Shown here: positions 35,476-47,691 of the stretch, in pieces | Layout of the letters: each line of letters starts with the position of its first letter | Position numbering within the stretch: the first letter of the stretch is position 1 | NCBI GenBank assembly: GCA_008632985.1 | Contig: QPGO01000074.1 | Span: 310,001-374,000 of the forward strand | DNA length: 64,000 bases | Reading direction: 5' to 3' | Source: Psammoneis japonica | Taxonomy: Eukaryota | Made by a program: the position numbers and the translations under genes | Notes under the pieces: generated by a model | Databases searched by the model: none | Seen by the model: only the letters and a program-made list of their open reading frames with translations | What the model was told of the DNA's origin: nothing

Positions 35476-36236
35476 ATTTTTGCCATGCTTCTTTCATTTT
35501 TGTTGTGCGTGCAGCTGACCACATTTTTGTTTTCATTGTTGCTTGGGACAGGTTGGAGCAGAGGATGCACATTTGCTGTGAGTGAGTGACCACATTGAAG
35601 TCAAACTCCGCCAGCCAAAGCAATGTGTTGTCAACAGGAAAATGACATGAATGCCAAGAAAGCAACAGCAAAGCACTCCAAGGAACATGGCACCACCACC
35701 TGAAGATGACAGTTCCTCAAGTTCCTTGGGCAGAGATGGGGCTGTTCTAAAAGAATGTTGGCATCCTTGAGAAGCTCTTCTGCAAGTGAAAAACATGAAA
35801 GAGGTGGAGTGCAGTGCAGCCAACCTTCTTTCATCAGACATTGATCTGAGACTTTGTTTGAGGGAAAGTCCACAGCTGGTGTGTTAAAGTTCACATCACC
35901 CTGTGTTTTCCAAGGTGCCTCACTCATGCGTGGTGGCTGCAAAGCACACGATTGTTGTGCAGAGGCTCAATCTCAACAAAAAAAGCACACAGCCCATCTG
36001 TGTCCCCCCCCTGCCCTGCCCTGCCCTGGTGCCCCACCCAGCAGACCAGAGACAGATGGGTGAGATGACAGTCAGGGTTTGGGGCCAACTGCTTTCAAAA
36101 TGATCAAATTTGCAAACAGTTTTTGCACAAAAAACGACACCCAAGAAGGACTTTTGAAGGCCTCGGGGCTGAACAACAGCCATTTTTGGGTGTCACAGTT
36201 GTCTTGTCTTTCATTGTTGTTCATCTCAATTCATGT

Positions 36237-36501
36237 GTGTTGTGTCAGCCATTTTCATTGAGAATCATCTGTGCCATGGATTTTTAGAATTTGTGCTTGC
36301 TTTTGGTGTTCACAAAAACTCACCCCCTTGTTTTCAGCCTGACAGGCAATTGTGGTCCAAGGCCAGTGTTGTGTCAGCCATTTTCATTGAGAATCATCTG
36401 TGCCATGGATTTTTAGAATTTGTGCTTGCTTTTTGGTGTTCACAAAACAACTCACCCCCCTTGTTTTCAAGCCTGACAAGGGCAATCATGGTCCAAGCCC
36501 A
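36237..36501 (+). repeat. Tandem duplication, unit about 129-135 bp
   Basis: Near-identical copies start at 36237 and 36366 (GTGTTGTGTCAGCCATTTTCATTGAGAATCATC...). Confidence 0.95.
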
Positions 36502-36749
36502 GATTTCTGCTGTGCAATTAAAAACCAATGTCTCAAGTCTGCAGTGACAATGTTTGAGTGTGTGCTGTCTCTCACAGTCATCTGCAGCTGGAACCTGAGA
36601 ACCCTCTTGGAGCCCTCTCTTTTGTGCACCTGAAATGACAAAGGATCTTGCTTGACACCAATGACGTGCCCTTCACTCTTTTCCTGCCACCAAGCTTCTT
36701 CCCCAGACAAAGCCTCCTTTCTTGTTGCAGCTCCAGACAAACCACACAA

Positions 36750-37900
36750 ACCCAAAATTGTCTCTGTGGTCAAAGTTGTTTTCAACTGGGTTTTCTTTGG
36801 CTGCTCTCCACTGGAGCTTGCAGTCCATCAGTGGCTGTTGCGCTGTTGCACAGAACTGGGAGCTGGGCCACCTGCATCCTCTGGCTGACCCTTTTTGTTT
36901 TCTTGTCAATGCTGCCTGTCATCACAGAGACAGGAAAGTCAATGACACATGTCTCTTTCCTTGCACATGAGACAAACCTCCTCATGCTTTTTTCTCATGC
37001 CTTGAGACAGTGGGCTCAACTTGTGAAACACAGGCTGACCTTGCCCAACAACCTTCAATCCTTGTGTGAACCCCAAATCATCCAAAAAAGTCTTTCTTTG
37101 GCTCAACTCTCTCAAAAACAGCCAGCAGCACCACTGGCTCCCTTGTTCTCTGCATCCACATTGAGGCTCATCATTGGAGGGCAGCCATGACAAAGCTTGA
37201 GAAGTGGGTCCACATGGTGCCTTCTTGATTCATTTCCAGCTTGCTTGATGTGAGCATCTGGGCAGGCTGCAAGCACAAAATGTCATTTTGAGCAGCTCAT
37301 CTTGAAAATCCACATGCTCCCACCCGGTGCTCCATTTTTCCACTTGAGGTCACTTGCACAGATCACAGTGGCACAGCATGAGTTGGAGGTGGGAGATTTC
37401 AGCATGTTCCCTCTGGCCTTGTTGAAAATGCCATCCCTGGCAGCATCCCAGTCTAAGATTAGAGGCGATGGCACACGTTGCATCATTGGGGATGTTGCTT
37501 TCCTTTGGCCAAGTGTCACTTGGGCAAGAGACAATCACTCTCTCTTGTTGATTTTTTTGACATCATTTCCAGTCTCCAGCAGCCCCTCAAGTTGTTCATG
37601 AGCACAACAGAATCTCGCCCCACACCGGACCATCCTTGGGTTGACAGTTGCCTCTGAGAGTTCTGTGAAACAAGTCAACCAATGGCGCCATTGCCCACCT
37701 TTGGATCAGCAGTGATTGCAAGAAATTGCCAGCAAAAATGGCTGAGATGCCCCCACATTTTGAAGCACAGCTGTCATCCAATGAATCTTTCAATTTCTTG
37801 CTCAGCAGCTGCAGCACATGTTGCAATGCAAAAGACACCTCGTCAAGAATGAGCAGACAAGATGTTTTGCCCACTCTTCATGCTCCATGTCAGCCACATT
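36750..37900 (-). mobile_element. Degenerate PIF1-like helicase, probably a Helitron relic
   Basis: LLILDEVSF...L..L.K.L......CGGISAIFAGNFLQ matches PIF1 motifs II/III (LIIDEISM...YGG..IIF.GDF.QL); a weak KLQ motif lies downstream. Confidence 0.65.
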
Positions 37901-39269
37901 CTGTGAAAAGGGCACGTTGCACCACAGCTTGCTCAACCATTGATTGCAACAGCCAACAACCCAGTGATGACCAGCATGGTGCAATTTGTGAAAGGCACCC
38001 TGAGCTCTGAGCTCCTCTCAGAATTCACTCATGTGAGCAATGATGCTGTCAAGGACAGCACTCTTGCCAGAACCTTCCCTGCACCAGCAGCATGAAAACA
38101 ATGCAGCTTGCCTTCACCCTGAGCGCCAAGGCAAAAAGAGGAAAGGTGGCTTCCATGTTGGAGAAAAAGAAGCCTCCTTTTTGTGCTCAAAGAGCTGGTG
38201 CTTCAGTGGACAACATCGCTCAGCTTGCACTCACGGACAAAAGGAGAACAAGGCTCGTTTTTTCGGGTGCCTGAACGAGGACATGAGGAACAGATTGCTC
38301 ATTGATCAAGGCTTTCCACTTTCAGACATTGCCATGAGGGTCAGTTTTGACAATGACCAAGATCCGAGGGAAAACAAACAGCTTGTCAGGGCTTGTCTGA
38401 TTGTGGCAAATGAAAACACTGCCGAGTCATTCTTTGTCAGTTTGCAAAGAGTTGGGTGACAGATCACAATGACATCAAGCACAAGACAGTGTGTGTTGTT
38501 GTTGACGATGATAAAATGTGCAACACTGTGCATTCTCCACTGATTGTGCCAGCTCATTTATTTGTGGGCTGCAAGTGCACTGTTGTCAAGTTGATCGGAG
38601 GGGCGCAAGGGCGCGATGAAAGATGACGCCGACGAGACATTTTGCAACAATTTCGTGGATGTCGCGAGACAGAAGTGTTGGTTTGCTGGTGATGAACGTC
38701 CAAAGGACTCCCAACAACAATGTTTATATCCTTCTCTTTGAGATTGACAATGTGACGACAACCACATTGTTGGTTTCGATTGTGTTCTTGTCACTGTGGC
38801 TGTAAGACAACGAGATACAGTCGTCCAGCGAAGCGTTCAATCGCCAATCAAAGAGATCCAGACGATGAAGCAGGCAGGGGGAGACGACACAAACACCTTT
38901 TTCCGACTTTATTAAAACAACAACTACTTGTGTATGTCCATGAGTTTGTGTTTCAGTTTCCTGGTATCTTTGAGAAGGTAACCGGTGAGTGTGAGTGTAC
39001 CGGTAGTTGTTCTGCCTGAATTTGTTTCATATTATTTGAATCAAAATCTAACTCGCCATGCGTTCTCAAATTATAAAGTGGTACTCTTCCAAAGTAAACT
39101 GCCGGAAGGAGCATTCAGCGAGTCTGTTGCTCGTCAATCGCCTATGATAAGTTGAGCGCCAACAATGGCAGCAATACCAAGAAGCACCTCAGCCTTGGTA
39201 GCCTTTGCCGGTTGACGCGGGAATTCTGCATTGTCCTATCGTAATATATGACTCGCTTGAACGTGGCAA

Positions 39270-39600
39270 GATGAAACAACTTCTGAAATTGATGGAAGCG
39301 ACTCGTCACACAGATGGAGAAGCCAGAAGCGAAGCCGAAAGTTCTTCGGCATTCGCAAATGTTTTGACCTATGTTACCGTCCTGTCGGGTGTTGCGCGAT
39401 CCCAGCATCGTGAAAAAGAAGACCGCAGTACGCTGTTGGAAAATGCGCTCTATGGTACAGCATGCTAGACTCCATTGAGCAAGCTGGACGGGATGCTCCC
39501 GAAGAGCACGTGCATTATTGGGTCTTGAGGCTTTGGAATAAATCACAATCCTCTCAAGCTGGGTATCGTGCGCTAAGCCTCTTGTCGCAATTGGAGATTG
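39270..39600 (+). pseudogene. Possible PPR-repeat gene fragment
   Basis: ANVLTYVTVLSGVARS...and RRARALL in a shifted frame resemble diatom PPR units; stops and frameshifts present. Confidence 0.25.
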
Positions 39601-40027
39601 GAGGTCGCCAGTGCACCTAGTGGGCATTCGTGGACGATTGGTGATAAGCCTTATATTCAGTGGCATTACAATACTTGATACATGAGACCTCAGATTGTAA
39701 GGTTGGCGCTGCGCATTGGGCGGCTCAGCTTTTACACAAGATTCACGCTAAGTCTAGTACCTCTCACGAGCTCAAACCAGCTGACAGCCTCTACTAGAGG
39801 GTATTGGAGAGGAGAGCGCACCGCGAACTCTGGCTAGTCAAGTGAGGGGGACCTGCACTACATCGGATCTCTTTCTTTTGCCGTGCATTTGGAAATGGTT
39901 CTGGTGATTCGCGTGGTCCCATGCACAACTGCACACCACGAGGCTACCGTAACGTACTGTTTACCGCGTGAGTTGGATGGGTCAGGCAGTCATGTTGTAG
40001 AGCTCAATGGTTTCTTGCAAATCTCAA

Positions 40028-41269
40028 TCAATGATTACAGCCACTTTGGTATATAGCTCCAAGATAGCACGCAGCTTCAACGCCTCCAGCATCAGCAGCT
40101 TTCTGGAATAACTCGATTGCCTTTCCCAAATCTTGATCGACACCATCGCCATTAAAGTAACAAACTCCGAGGTGGGTCATTGCATTAATGCCTCCCGCAT
40201 CCGCTGCCCTCTTGTAGAGCTCGAAGGCCTTTTCCAAGTCTCTATCTACACCATCACCATTGGTATAGCAAATTCCAAGGTTGATCATTGCTGGAACATT
40301 TCCAGCATCGGCGGCCTTCTGGTAGAAATGAAAGGCCCTTTCCAAGTCTTGTTCAACACCATCACCGTTGTGGCAGCAATCTCCAATATTTAACATGGCA
40401 TCAATGTGCCCAGCATTGGCTGCCTTCTGGTACAGCTCTGCGGCCTTTCCGGAGTCTCGGGTGACTCTATCGCCTTTCAGGTAGAGAGATGCAAGCTCAA
40501 ACATTGCATCAGCACGTCCATCATCAGCTGCCTTTTGGAAGAACTCGGCCGCCTTTTCCAAGTCTTGAACGACACAAATACCTCGAGAGTAGCAAACTCC
40601 AAGATGGAAAATTGCCTCGATGTTTCCAGCATCGGCCGCCTGTCCGAAAAGCTCAATCGCCTTTGCCAAGTCTTGCTCTACACCCGTACCATTTGCGTAG
40701 CAAGTTCCAAGATTATGAATTGCAAGTACATTTCCAGCATCAGCCGCCCTCTGATAGAGCTCAAACGCCTTTTCCAAGTCTTGTTTGACACCCATGCCAT
40801 GGCCGTAGCAAACTGCAAGAGCAAAAAACGCACCAACCTTTCCGGCATCTGCTGCCATCTGGAATAGCTCAATCGCTCTGTCCAAATCTTGACTGACTCC
40901 CTTGCCCTTTTGGTAGCATACGGCTAGAGTATACACTGCATTCATGTTTCCAGCATTAGCTGCCATCTGGCAGAGCTCGGCGGCCTTTCGAAAGTCTTGA
41001 TTCACACCTTTGCCGGTGTGATAGCAATCTGACAATTCATACATTGCTTCAGTGCTTCCGCCCTCTGTGGCCCTCTGATAGAGTTCGGCGGCTTTTTCTG
41101 CATCTTGATTGACGCCAGTGCCATTTTCATAGCAACGTCCAAGCTTGTATATTGCTTCAATGTTTCCGTTATCGGCTAACGTTTTCAACAACTTGACATT
41201 GCCTTCTTTGGCACGTTTCAGTGCCATGCCAAGTTCGTCGTTATTAGATGCCGGCATTGGTGTATCCAT
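40028..41269 (-). CDS. Sel1-like repeat protein, 10 complete 36-aa repeats plus a partial one
   Basis: Repeated A...LG.CY..G.GV.QD.EKA.ELYQ.AADAG units; first ATG at 41269. Confidence 0.92.
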   Translation of the reverse strand: MDTPMPASNNDELGMALKRAKEGNVKLLKTLADNGNIEAIYKLGRCYENGTGVNQDAEKAAELYQRATEGGSTEAMYELSDCYHTGKGVNQDFRKAAELCQMAANAGNMNAVYTLAVCYQKGKGVSQDLDRAIELFQMAADAGKVGAFFALAVCYGHGMGVKQDLEKAFELYQRAADAGNVLAIHNLGTCYANGTGVEQDLAKAIELFGQAADAGNIEAIFHLGVCYSRGICVVQDLEKAAEFFQKAADDGRADAMFELASLYLKGDRVTRDSGKAAELYQKAANAGHIDAMLNIGDCCHNGDGVEQDLERAFHFYQKAADAGNVPAMINLGICYTNGDGVDRDLEKAFELYKRAADAGGINAMTHLGVCYFNGDGVDQDLGKAIELFQKAADAGGVEAACYLGAIYQSGCNH

Positions 41270-41465
41270 TGTATTAAGTAGTTTGTTGAGAGGTAAGAGC
41301 AGACGAAAAAAATTATGAGGTGACAACAGCGGTGTCGCGTCGGCGTCGGGTCGCTCGAGGACGCACGACTCGAGTTCGCGGGTTCATTCGCGCGAACTAT
41401 GGTAGAGAGGGGGTCTGCCGGTGCAGCAGGGCCACTGTTGCTCTACTCTCTAGCAGCTAGCTCTA

Positions 41466-41839
41466 CTAGTTGGTTATCCGTACAAATGCCATAATGCCAT
41501 ATATGGCATTTCTTTCTACGGCAGAACTGGTACTGATTCTACGTAATGCCATATAAAATGCCATATTTTGCGCGTGAAAAAGCGTGCCGGCGATTGATTC
41601 GTGGCCCCCAACTGCGACGAACTCATTTCTTATGTATTCAGAAGCCTTGGAATGCCACTTCCAATCGCTTTTCCCTTATGTATTTCATACGCCCCTATGC
41701 CCAGCGGTGTTTAACGCTTTCCTATCAACGGAAAAACAATTAGGGAGCATTGGAAAAACAGTGGTGGCGTTTGGGATCAAAATGCCATATTCACGCCATA
41801 TTTAGGGCAAATATGGCATTTGTACGGACAACCAACTAG
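41466..41839. mobile_element. 374-bp MITE with 28-bp TIRs
   Basis: Left CTAGTTGGTTATCCGTACAAATGCCATA; reverse complement of right end CTAGTTGGTTGTCCGTACAAATGCCATA; subterminal ATGCCATA repeats. A TA target site is likely (Tc1/mariner-like) but the exact ends are ambiguous. Confidence 0.9.
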
Positions 41840-41949
41840 CAGCAGCTAGTAGCTAGAGTAGAGAGCTGGCTGGCTCTTAGAGAGAGCCTGCAAACCGGCA
41901 TTTTCTCAGGCAGGAAGTGCACCAGAAAGAACGAGCAAACCAAATCTTA

Positions 41950-44700
41950 GCATGAGGCAGCGACATGCCAGACAGACCGGCTTTTTCCTGCATCTGGCTT
42001 TTTCCCACTTGGCCTGCAGTGAACTCTGGGGAAGGGCCGATCAAACAATGAAGGGTTTGATTGCGCGAGCACACAACAGAGAGCCAACCGCACACTGTTG
42101 CTGTGGAGCAATGCAAGCTGCATCCTGCCCAGGCCCTGGGGCCACTTTGCCAAACAAGACTTCCAACAGAGAAAACACTGACAAGACTGACTCTGCGCCA
42201 ACAGAGAGAGACAGAGAGTTGTCGAAATGGCTGAAAAGTCCAGGAAAGCGACACATGCAGACAGACAAGCAGACACACCCACATCACACAAAGTGGGTTG
42301 TGTGTGGTTCTTTGGTGTGTTTGACTGATTGACGCCACAAAGTTGAGCCCCGCTGTTGGAGGAATGAGGGCCCTGTTTTGTTGGAGAGCACACAGGCAAC
42401 TTCACAGCAGCTTCAAAGTGCAGCAAGGCAGCCATGTGGAAACCTTCTTGATGGTGGCAACAAAACAAGCAGAAAAACAGGTGGCTTGTTTGCACTTTGC
42501 ATGCTCGGCTCACCACACACTGCTGCTGCCATTGTTTTCAAAAAATCAGCTCTTGTTTCCACACCACAAGTGGGCATCAGGTGGCACACCACTGTGCTTC
42601 TGTTGGGCTGGCAGAGAACCCTGCAACCCAGCAATCTGAGTTTGACAGACTTGAGAATGCCTGAACTTGCCACTGCATTGTTTTCAACCCATTTTGCAAG
42701 GCCCAGCAGCACACACAGGGCTTCTGAAGCCCTTGCTTGGGCTCTTTTTTGTCTGGACTTTTCAATGCCCAAGCCCTCTGCCTGCACTCACTGGCCCACT
42801 CACTGATTTTCTTCTGTTGTTTCTTGTTTGTTGAGGCCCCTGCACAACCCAACATGTCCTGGCCTGGTTCTCTTCTTTGCTTTTGGTTGTGCTCCTCCTT
42901 GCTTGTGATATTTTCAGCGAGGAAGGCCAGCTCCAAAGAGCAGCTCTCGTGAAAAGTTGGGCCCATTTTTTGCTGAGTCAAGGGGTGAGCAGTCAGACAG
43001 TTTGCTTTGCAGCACACTTCTCATCAACAAAGACTCCCAATCTGGAAATGCTTTTGGGGTGCCTCCAACAAGATGTTGCTGCTGGCAGTGACTCCATGGC
43101 TGCCAGCACCAGACACCCAGGCACTGGAGCAGTGGTGAGACTTTTTGTGGCGCTGGCTTTTGCAGCTTGGCACCACCTGCAGAGGGCCCCAGCCTGCTTC
43201 TGCACTGCTTTTGTTTTTGCACAACCCAAAATCAGCAAAATTTGCAATGGAAAAATGCAAAGTTCAGTGCTTCTTACAAAATTGCTCAGTGTGTCTCTCG
43301 CCATTGTTTTCGTGAACAAAACATGGCGCCCTCACATCAAACCAGAGCCCCCCCCCCAACTCACCATGAGAGATGCGGCCTGTGAGACCAGCATTTGACT
43401 GAGAGCTCAAAAATGCACCCTTGGTTGTCAAGCAAACTGCCATTTGAAGAAAGCAAGGTTGACAGAAATGGCTGCGCATTTTTGTCTTGGCTGTGCTTGT
43501 TCCATGGGACACTTGTCATTGCCGCTGCAACCAAGGCTGTGCAAGGTGTGCAAGCAATGACATCATGGTTTCTTTGAACTCTTCATCTCTCAGCATTGTC
43601 CACGCAACATCTCTGTGTGATCTCAAAAACTGGCAATTTGTTCCTTGCACAATCTTCATGGCTGAGGTGGATCTTGCTGTGTGTGAGCCCAGAGGGGGGT
43701 GAGAAAAGGCAAAGCAGGCACTTGCTGTGTCAACAACTTCGAGCTTTTTTTGGACAACAGGGCTGCTGCTCTGGAGGTTTGTGCAGCTGCTTCTGTCTGC
43801 CAGAGTTGGAGCAAAAGCTGAAAACAATCTTGACAGCAAAAAAAAAACAAAGAACACATGGGTGCTGTTGGAGCCCAAAATGAAAGAGATCCAAAAATGA
43901 AAAAGAGCGGCCTCCTGCTCCTCAGGCTTTGGCTGCTGCAAAAGACTGCACAAGACAGAACAGCTGAGAGACGGTCCTCAGTTTTGGGCACACACAGTGA
44001 ACATTTCATTGGCAGCTGCAACAGCAGGACAACAAAGGCACTGAGAAATCTGCTCTGTGCACCATGCTGTGTTTGAAACTTGAGTGCATGCAGCATTGCA
44101 ACAAGGGGGTTTGTTTGTTGAGTTGTTAGAGTCCAGAACAGCTGTCTCAGACACTGTGCAAATGGCATCTGTTGTTTGAATGTTGCAACTCAAACAGAAA
44201 AATTGCTGCTGACAAATTGGCCAGGAGTGAGAGCAATTTTTTTTTTCAACAAAACGCCCAAAAATGACAGCTGCGCAGCGCAGCATGATGTGTCACGCGC
44301 TTTTGTGTTTTTGTGAAAGATGAAGTGGTGATTTGTGTTGAGCTCCACTTTCATCAAAAGCAGTCATTGGATGCCACCATTTTGCTGCTTCTTGCAAACA
44401 AGATCATTCTGAGTGTGGTGATCACAGCCCAAAACCCCGCTCGTCTGCCAGCAGCAACGTCGTTTTTTTTTCAACAACCCAAAAATGTGACCGTGGCTGT
44501 GCAACATTCCTTGTTTTGCATCTTTGTGCTGCACAAAGTGATTTGCGTTGAATCCCACTTCGTCGAAAGCAGTCATTGGATGCCACCATTTGCTGCTCTT
44601 GCCAACACGATTGTCATTCTCCTGAAAGCGTCAGCGCCCAAGAAAACTTCATGACATGATCCGTCTGTCTCCGGTCAGGGGGGGGCACAGACCGATGCCT
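41950..44700. mobile_element. TpA- and CpG-depleted degenerate repeat block, origin unrecognised
   Basis: Compositional signature; 210-bp-period direct repeat at 44328 and 44538. Confidence 0.7.
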
Positions 44701-44864
44701 CCAGCACCCGGATGTTTCCGAACACGTACTTGCTCTTCGTTGCGTGTGTTGCTGCTTTGGGCCGCTGACCGCTGAACGAACATGATGGACTCCTCTCGTC
44801 GGCTGACACCTCAGACGACGAAGATACGACGCAACAACAGCGTCTCCTACAAACAACATTCACC

Positions 44865-46006
44865 ATGAAGTCCTTTCTCTCGATCGCTTGCGCAGCTCTA
44901 ATTTTCGAAGATGGTGTGACGGCTTTTGCGCCCCTCGAAGCCAGAACGAGAGAAAGCACATCCTTGAAAATGTCTGCCGACTCGCGTCGCGACTTTCTCA
45001 ACCGGGTGGCCGCCACAAGCGCTGCTGCGGCTGCGTGGCTAACCGCCGGAGTTTCTGGAGGTATTGAACCCGCCAATGCTCTGGGAGGAGGATTAAACAA
45101 AGTTAACGCAAAGCTTCAAGGGTAAGAAACACAGTGATGAGGCGTTCTCGCTCGGATCCAAAGATACCTTTACCTAAAACTTGCGTTTCATCCAATCTTT
45201 GTGCATCAGCTATGGCCTTCCTCCATTCTCATCGTTACCAGGCGGTTTCACTCCTCTTGCGGAGATTTACGGAAAGGGAAAGAATAGGTTCCCAGTGATG
45301 GTGCAGTTTGCGCATCCGAGTGACTGGGTGGTGGTTACCCCGAGTGTTGATGCCAACGGCGAAGATGGTACCATTCAGGCCGGAGAATACGCCAAAGGTG
45401 ACAGTGCCACGTTTTATGTTTACGAAGCACCTGGAGCCGTAAGCGTAAGTCATAACTTCATCTTTGGGCTGGCTTTCTGGCGATTGGTTGTAGTGCGTTG
45501 TAGAAGACCGAAATTCAGTACTCATGCTTCATCGTTCTCTTCATTTTTCTTTCCAGGACATTGAATCAAAGCCCAAGGAATTCTTCCAGGACGCCATTAT
45601 CAGCGCCATTTCTCAGAAAGGAAACAATGTCTATCAGAGCTTCAAGGTGACAAAGGTGCAACCCTTCAAGGCAGAATTCCGTGACCAACAATATGCCATT
45701 GTGGACTTCAAGTACGAATTATTGACGGGAGCTGGATTTCAGGTGGATCGTAATGGCATTGCCTCTGTCACTAGTACTGGCAAGGCGGTAGAAGTGTTGT
45801 GGTGTGCTTCCACTCGGCAAAGGTAAGGGTTCCTGTGATTTATTACTACTGTGTCTTTTGAAACGCAGCTCCGCATTCATTATTGTGTCGTCATGAACAC
45901 TGCCAGGTACAAGAAGATGGAACCTGTGCTAAGGAACATCGCCGAGAGTTTCCGTTGCTATGCCGATGGTTTCAAGCTCTCTGAAGAGGTTGAGGATGAG
46001 TTCTAA
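44865..46006 (+). CDS. PsbP-domain-like thylakoid lumen protein; 4 exons
   Basis: Signal peptide plus VTA-F cleavage motif, twin-arginine SRRDFL and hydrophobic stretch ending ANA; HPSDWVV, FKYELLTGAGF.VDR; GT-AG introns at about 45122, 45439 and 45823. Confidence 0.75.
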
Positions 46007-46544
46007 ATTGTGGATCGCAATACGATCATGACTCAGAATGGCGAAGGAACAAAGAATCGTCTCTTGAAAAAGCTATCGCTAATCTAGCTCTGTACGCGTA
46101 CCTGATGTGTTCAGATGTCTGGAAATCGTTGAAAACGTGAGAGTGTAAACTGCTACTTAACTAGCCATGTAATACTACAAGCACATTAATTATGAAGATG
46201 GTACGATGTCTTTTAAAGACCAGGAGCTAGTTACTTGTTTCACCTCTTTTCAGTATATATTTGTTCTCGTACATCCTCGATGCCTCGTTTTGGACGAAGG
46301 ACACGTTCCATTGCAACGTTGCTCGTTGCTTCATTCAATCCCTCAGTTCCTTGTACTACAAAGAATGGCGATGTCAGCTTTGATCAAATCGCTCTCAAAT
46401 CAACCGCCCAACGCTAGTTCCAATCCTACACCCTCTAGAGAAACAAACCCTAGCTCCATGGTTTCAGGTTGCCATCGACAAGGTTAAAGTCCTTAGTGTA
46501 TATTCTAATGTAAAACTAACTGATTATGGGGATGCACTCTAGAT

Positions 46545-47240
46545 CTAGTTGAGACCATGGAAAAAGAAAGGCGTCTCGTCGACGACACCAATCTTGGACA
46601 CGGCTTCTTGGAACGCAAAGGCTGTAACAGCAATCATTGCCAGACGACCATGTTTGATCTCGGCCAAAAGCATTTTTTCTTGTCCTTCCTTGTCCTTGGG
46701 GAATAGGTTGAGCGGATCAAATCCCAAATCTCCAGGCACGGCATACTTTGTTCCCTTTCGCTTGGCGGACCTTTCAATTTGAATCAAATCCACGGCAGCT
46801 GCAAACAAGAGGATGCCGGCCCAATACTCGGGACTAATCTTGGCCAAACCTCCATTCAAAACACTCGGGGCTCTGTCGGAGCTGTCGACAAGAGGTTGCC
46901 ATCCAAGGTAGGTGGCAATTTTCTTGTCAAACAATTCAGAGAGTGGCCAGCCTGCCGCTGCCAACATGGCAAGACGAGCATGCTTGATTTCCGCTTCACG
47001 GTAAAGACGAAGGTCTTCCTTGTTCTTGGAAAAACCAAGGGGATCAAACCCGACATCACCGGCGTAGGTTCCGTCTAGTGCTTCGGGGCGGTCAAGGAAT
47101 GGGATCGCAATGGATTTGTCTGTGTTTGTGTCGACGGCATTAAGAGATGTACTAGTAGTGGACACTGTCTTGGGTGAAGGAGCCGTAAAGGCGGTGGTAG
47201 AGGCCAAAGTGGCAGCGAGGATTGAGGCGCAAAACTTCAT
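46545..47240 (-). CDS. Light-harvesting fucoxanthin-chlorophyll a/c binding protein (LHC family)
   Basis: GDVGFDPLG, REAEIKHARLAMLA, PGDLGFDPL, AEIKHGRLAMIA; signal peptide with TTA-F. Confidence 0.96.
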   Translation of the reverse strand: MKFCASILAATLASTTAFTAPSPKTVSTTSTSLNAVDTNTDKSIAIPFLDRPEALDGTYAGDVGFDPLGFSKNKEDLRLYREAEIKHARLAMLAAAGWPLSELFDKKIATYLGWQPLVDSSDRAPSVLNGGLAKISPEYWAGILLFAAAVDLIQIERSAKRKGTKYAVPGDLGFDPLNLFPKDKEGQEKMLLAEIKHGRLAMIAVTAFAFQEAVSKIGVVDETPFFFHGLN

Positions 47241-47691
47241 GTTGGTTGAGAGGATGTTGGTCGTGATGATTTGTTCAAATTGGAAATTGTGAGTAGAGAT
47301 GTGGAGTGATTACAAATGTGGATTCTGTTCGAACCACGGTGAGGAAGTGACTCAATCATGTCAAGACGTACAATAGAACATGTTCGAATAGACGAAAACA
47401 GTGACGAGAGACGTTGCAAGTCAGCAGAATTCGAGAAAAAGTGAATGAGTCGTACCTAACTGACGCCTGACGCGAACACGCCATCACATGACGTGTCAGT
47501 CTTGGACAAGCGGGATTGACGAATCATTGGACTAGCATGATTGACGACTCGATCGAATGAATTATCTGGTTATGAGCTGGATTGGGGAGAGCCAATCGCC
47601 ATTCGCCTCACTTTTTCTCGAGATTATTCAAGATCGCAATGGTTGAACGCCGCACGCCGCTGTTTGCCTAAAACATTTTTTGCCATCGAAT

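Larger units (their letters stand above)
30370..38700. mobile_element. TpA- and CpG-depleted block of nested degenerate TEs
   Basis: Same compositional signature as 19010-25150; contains gag and helicase relics and internal direct repeats. Confidence 0.8.
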
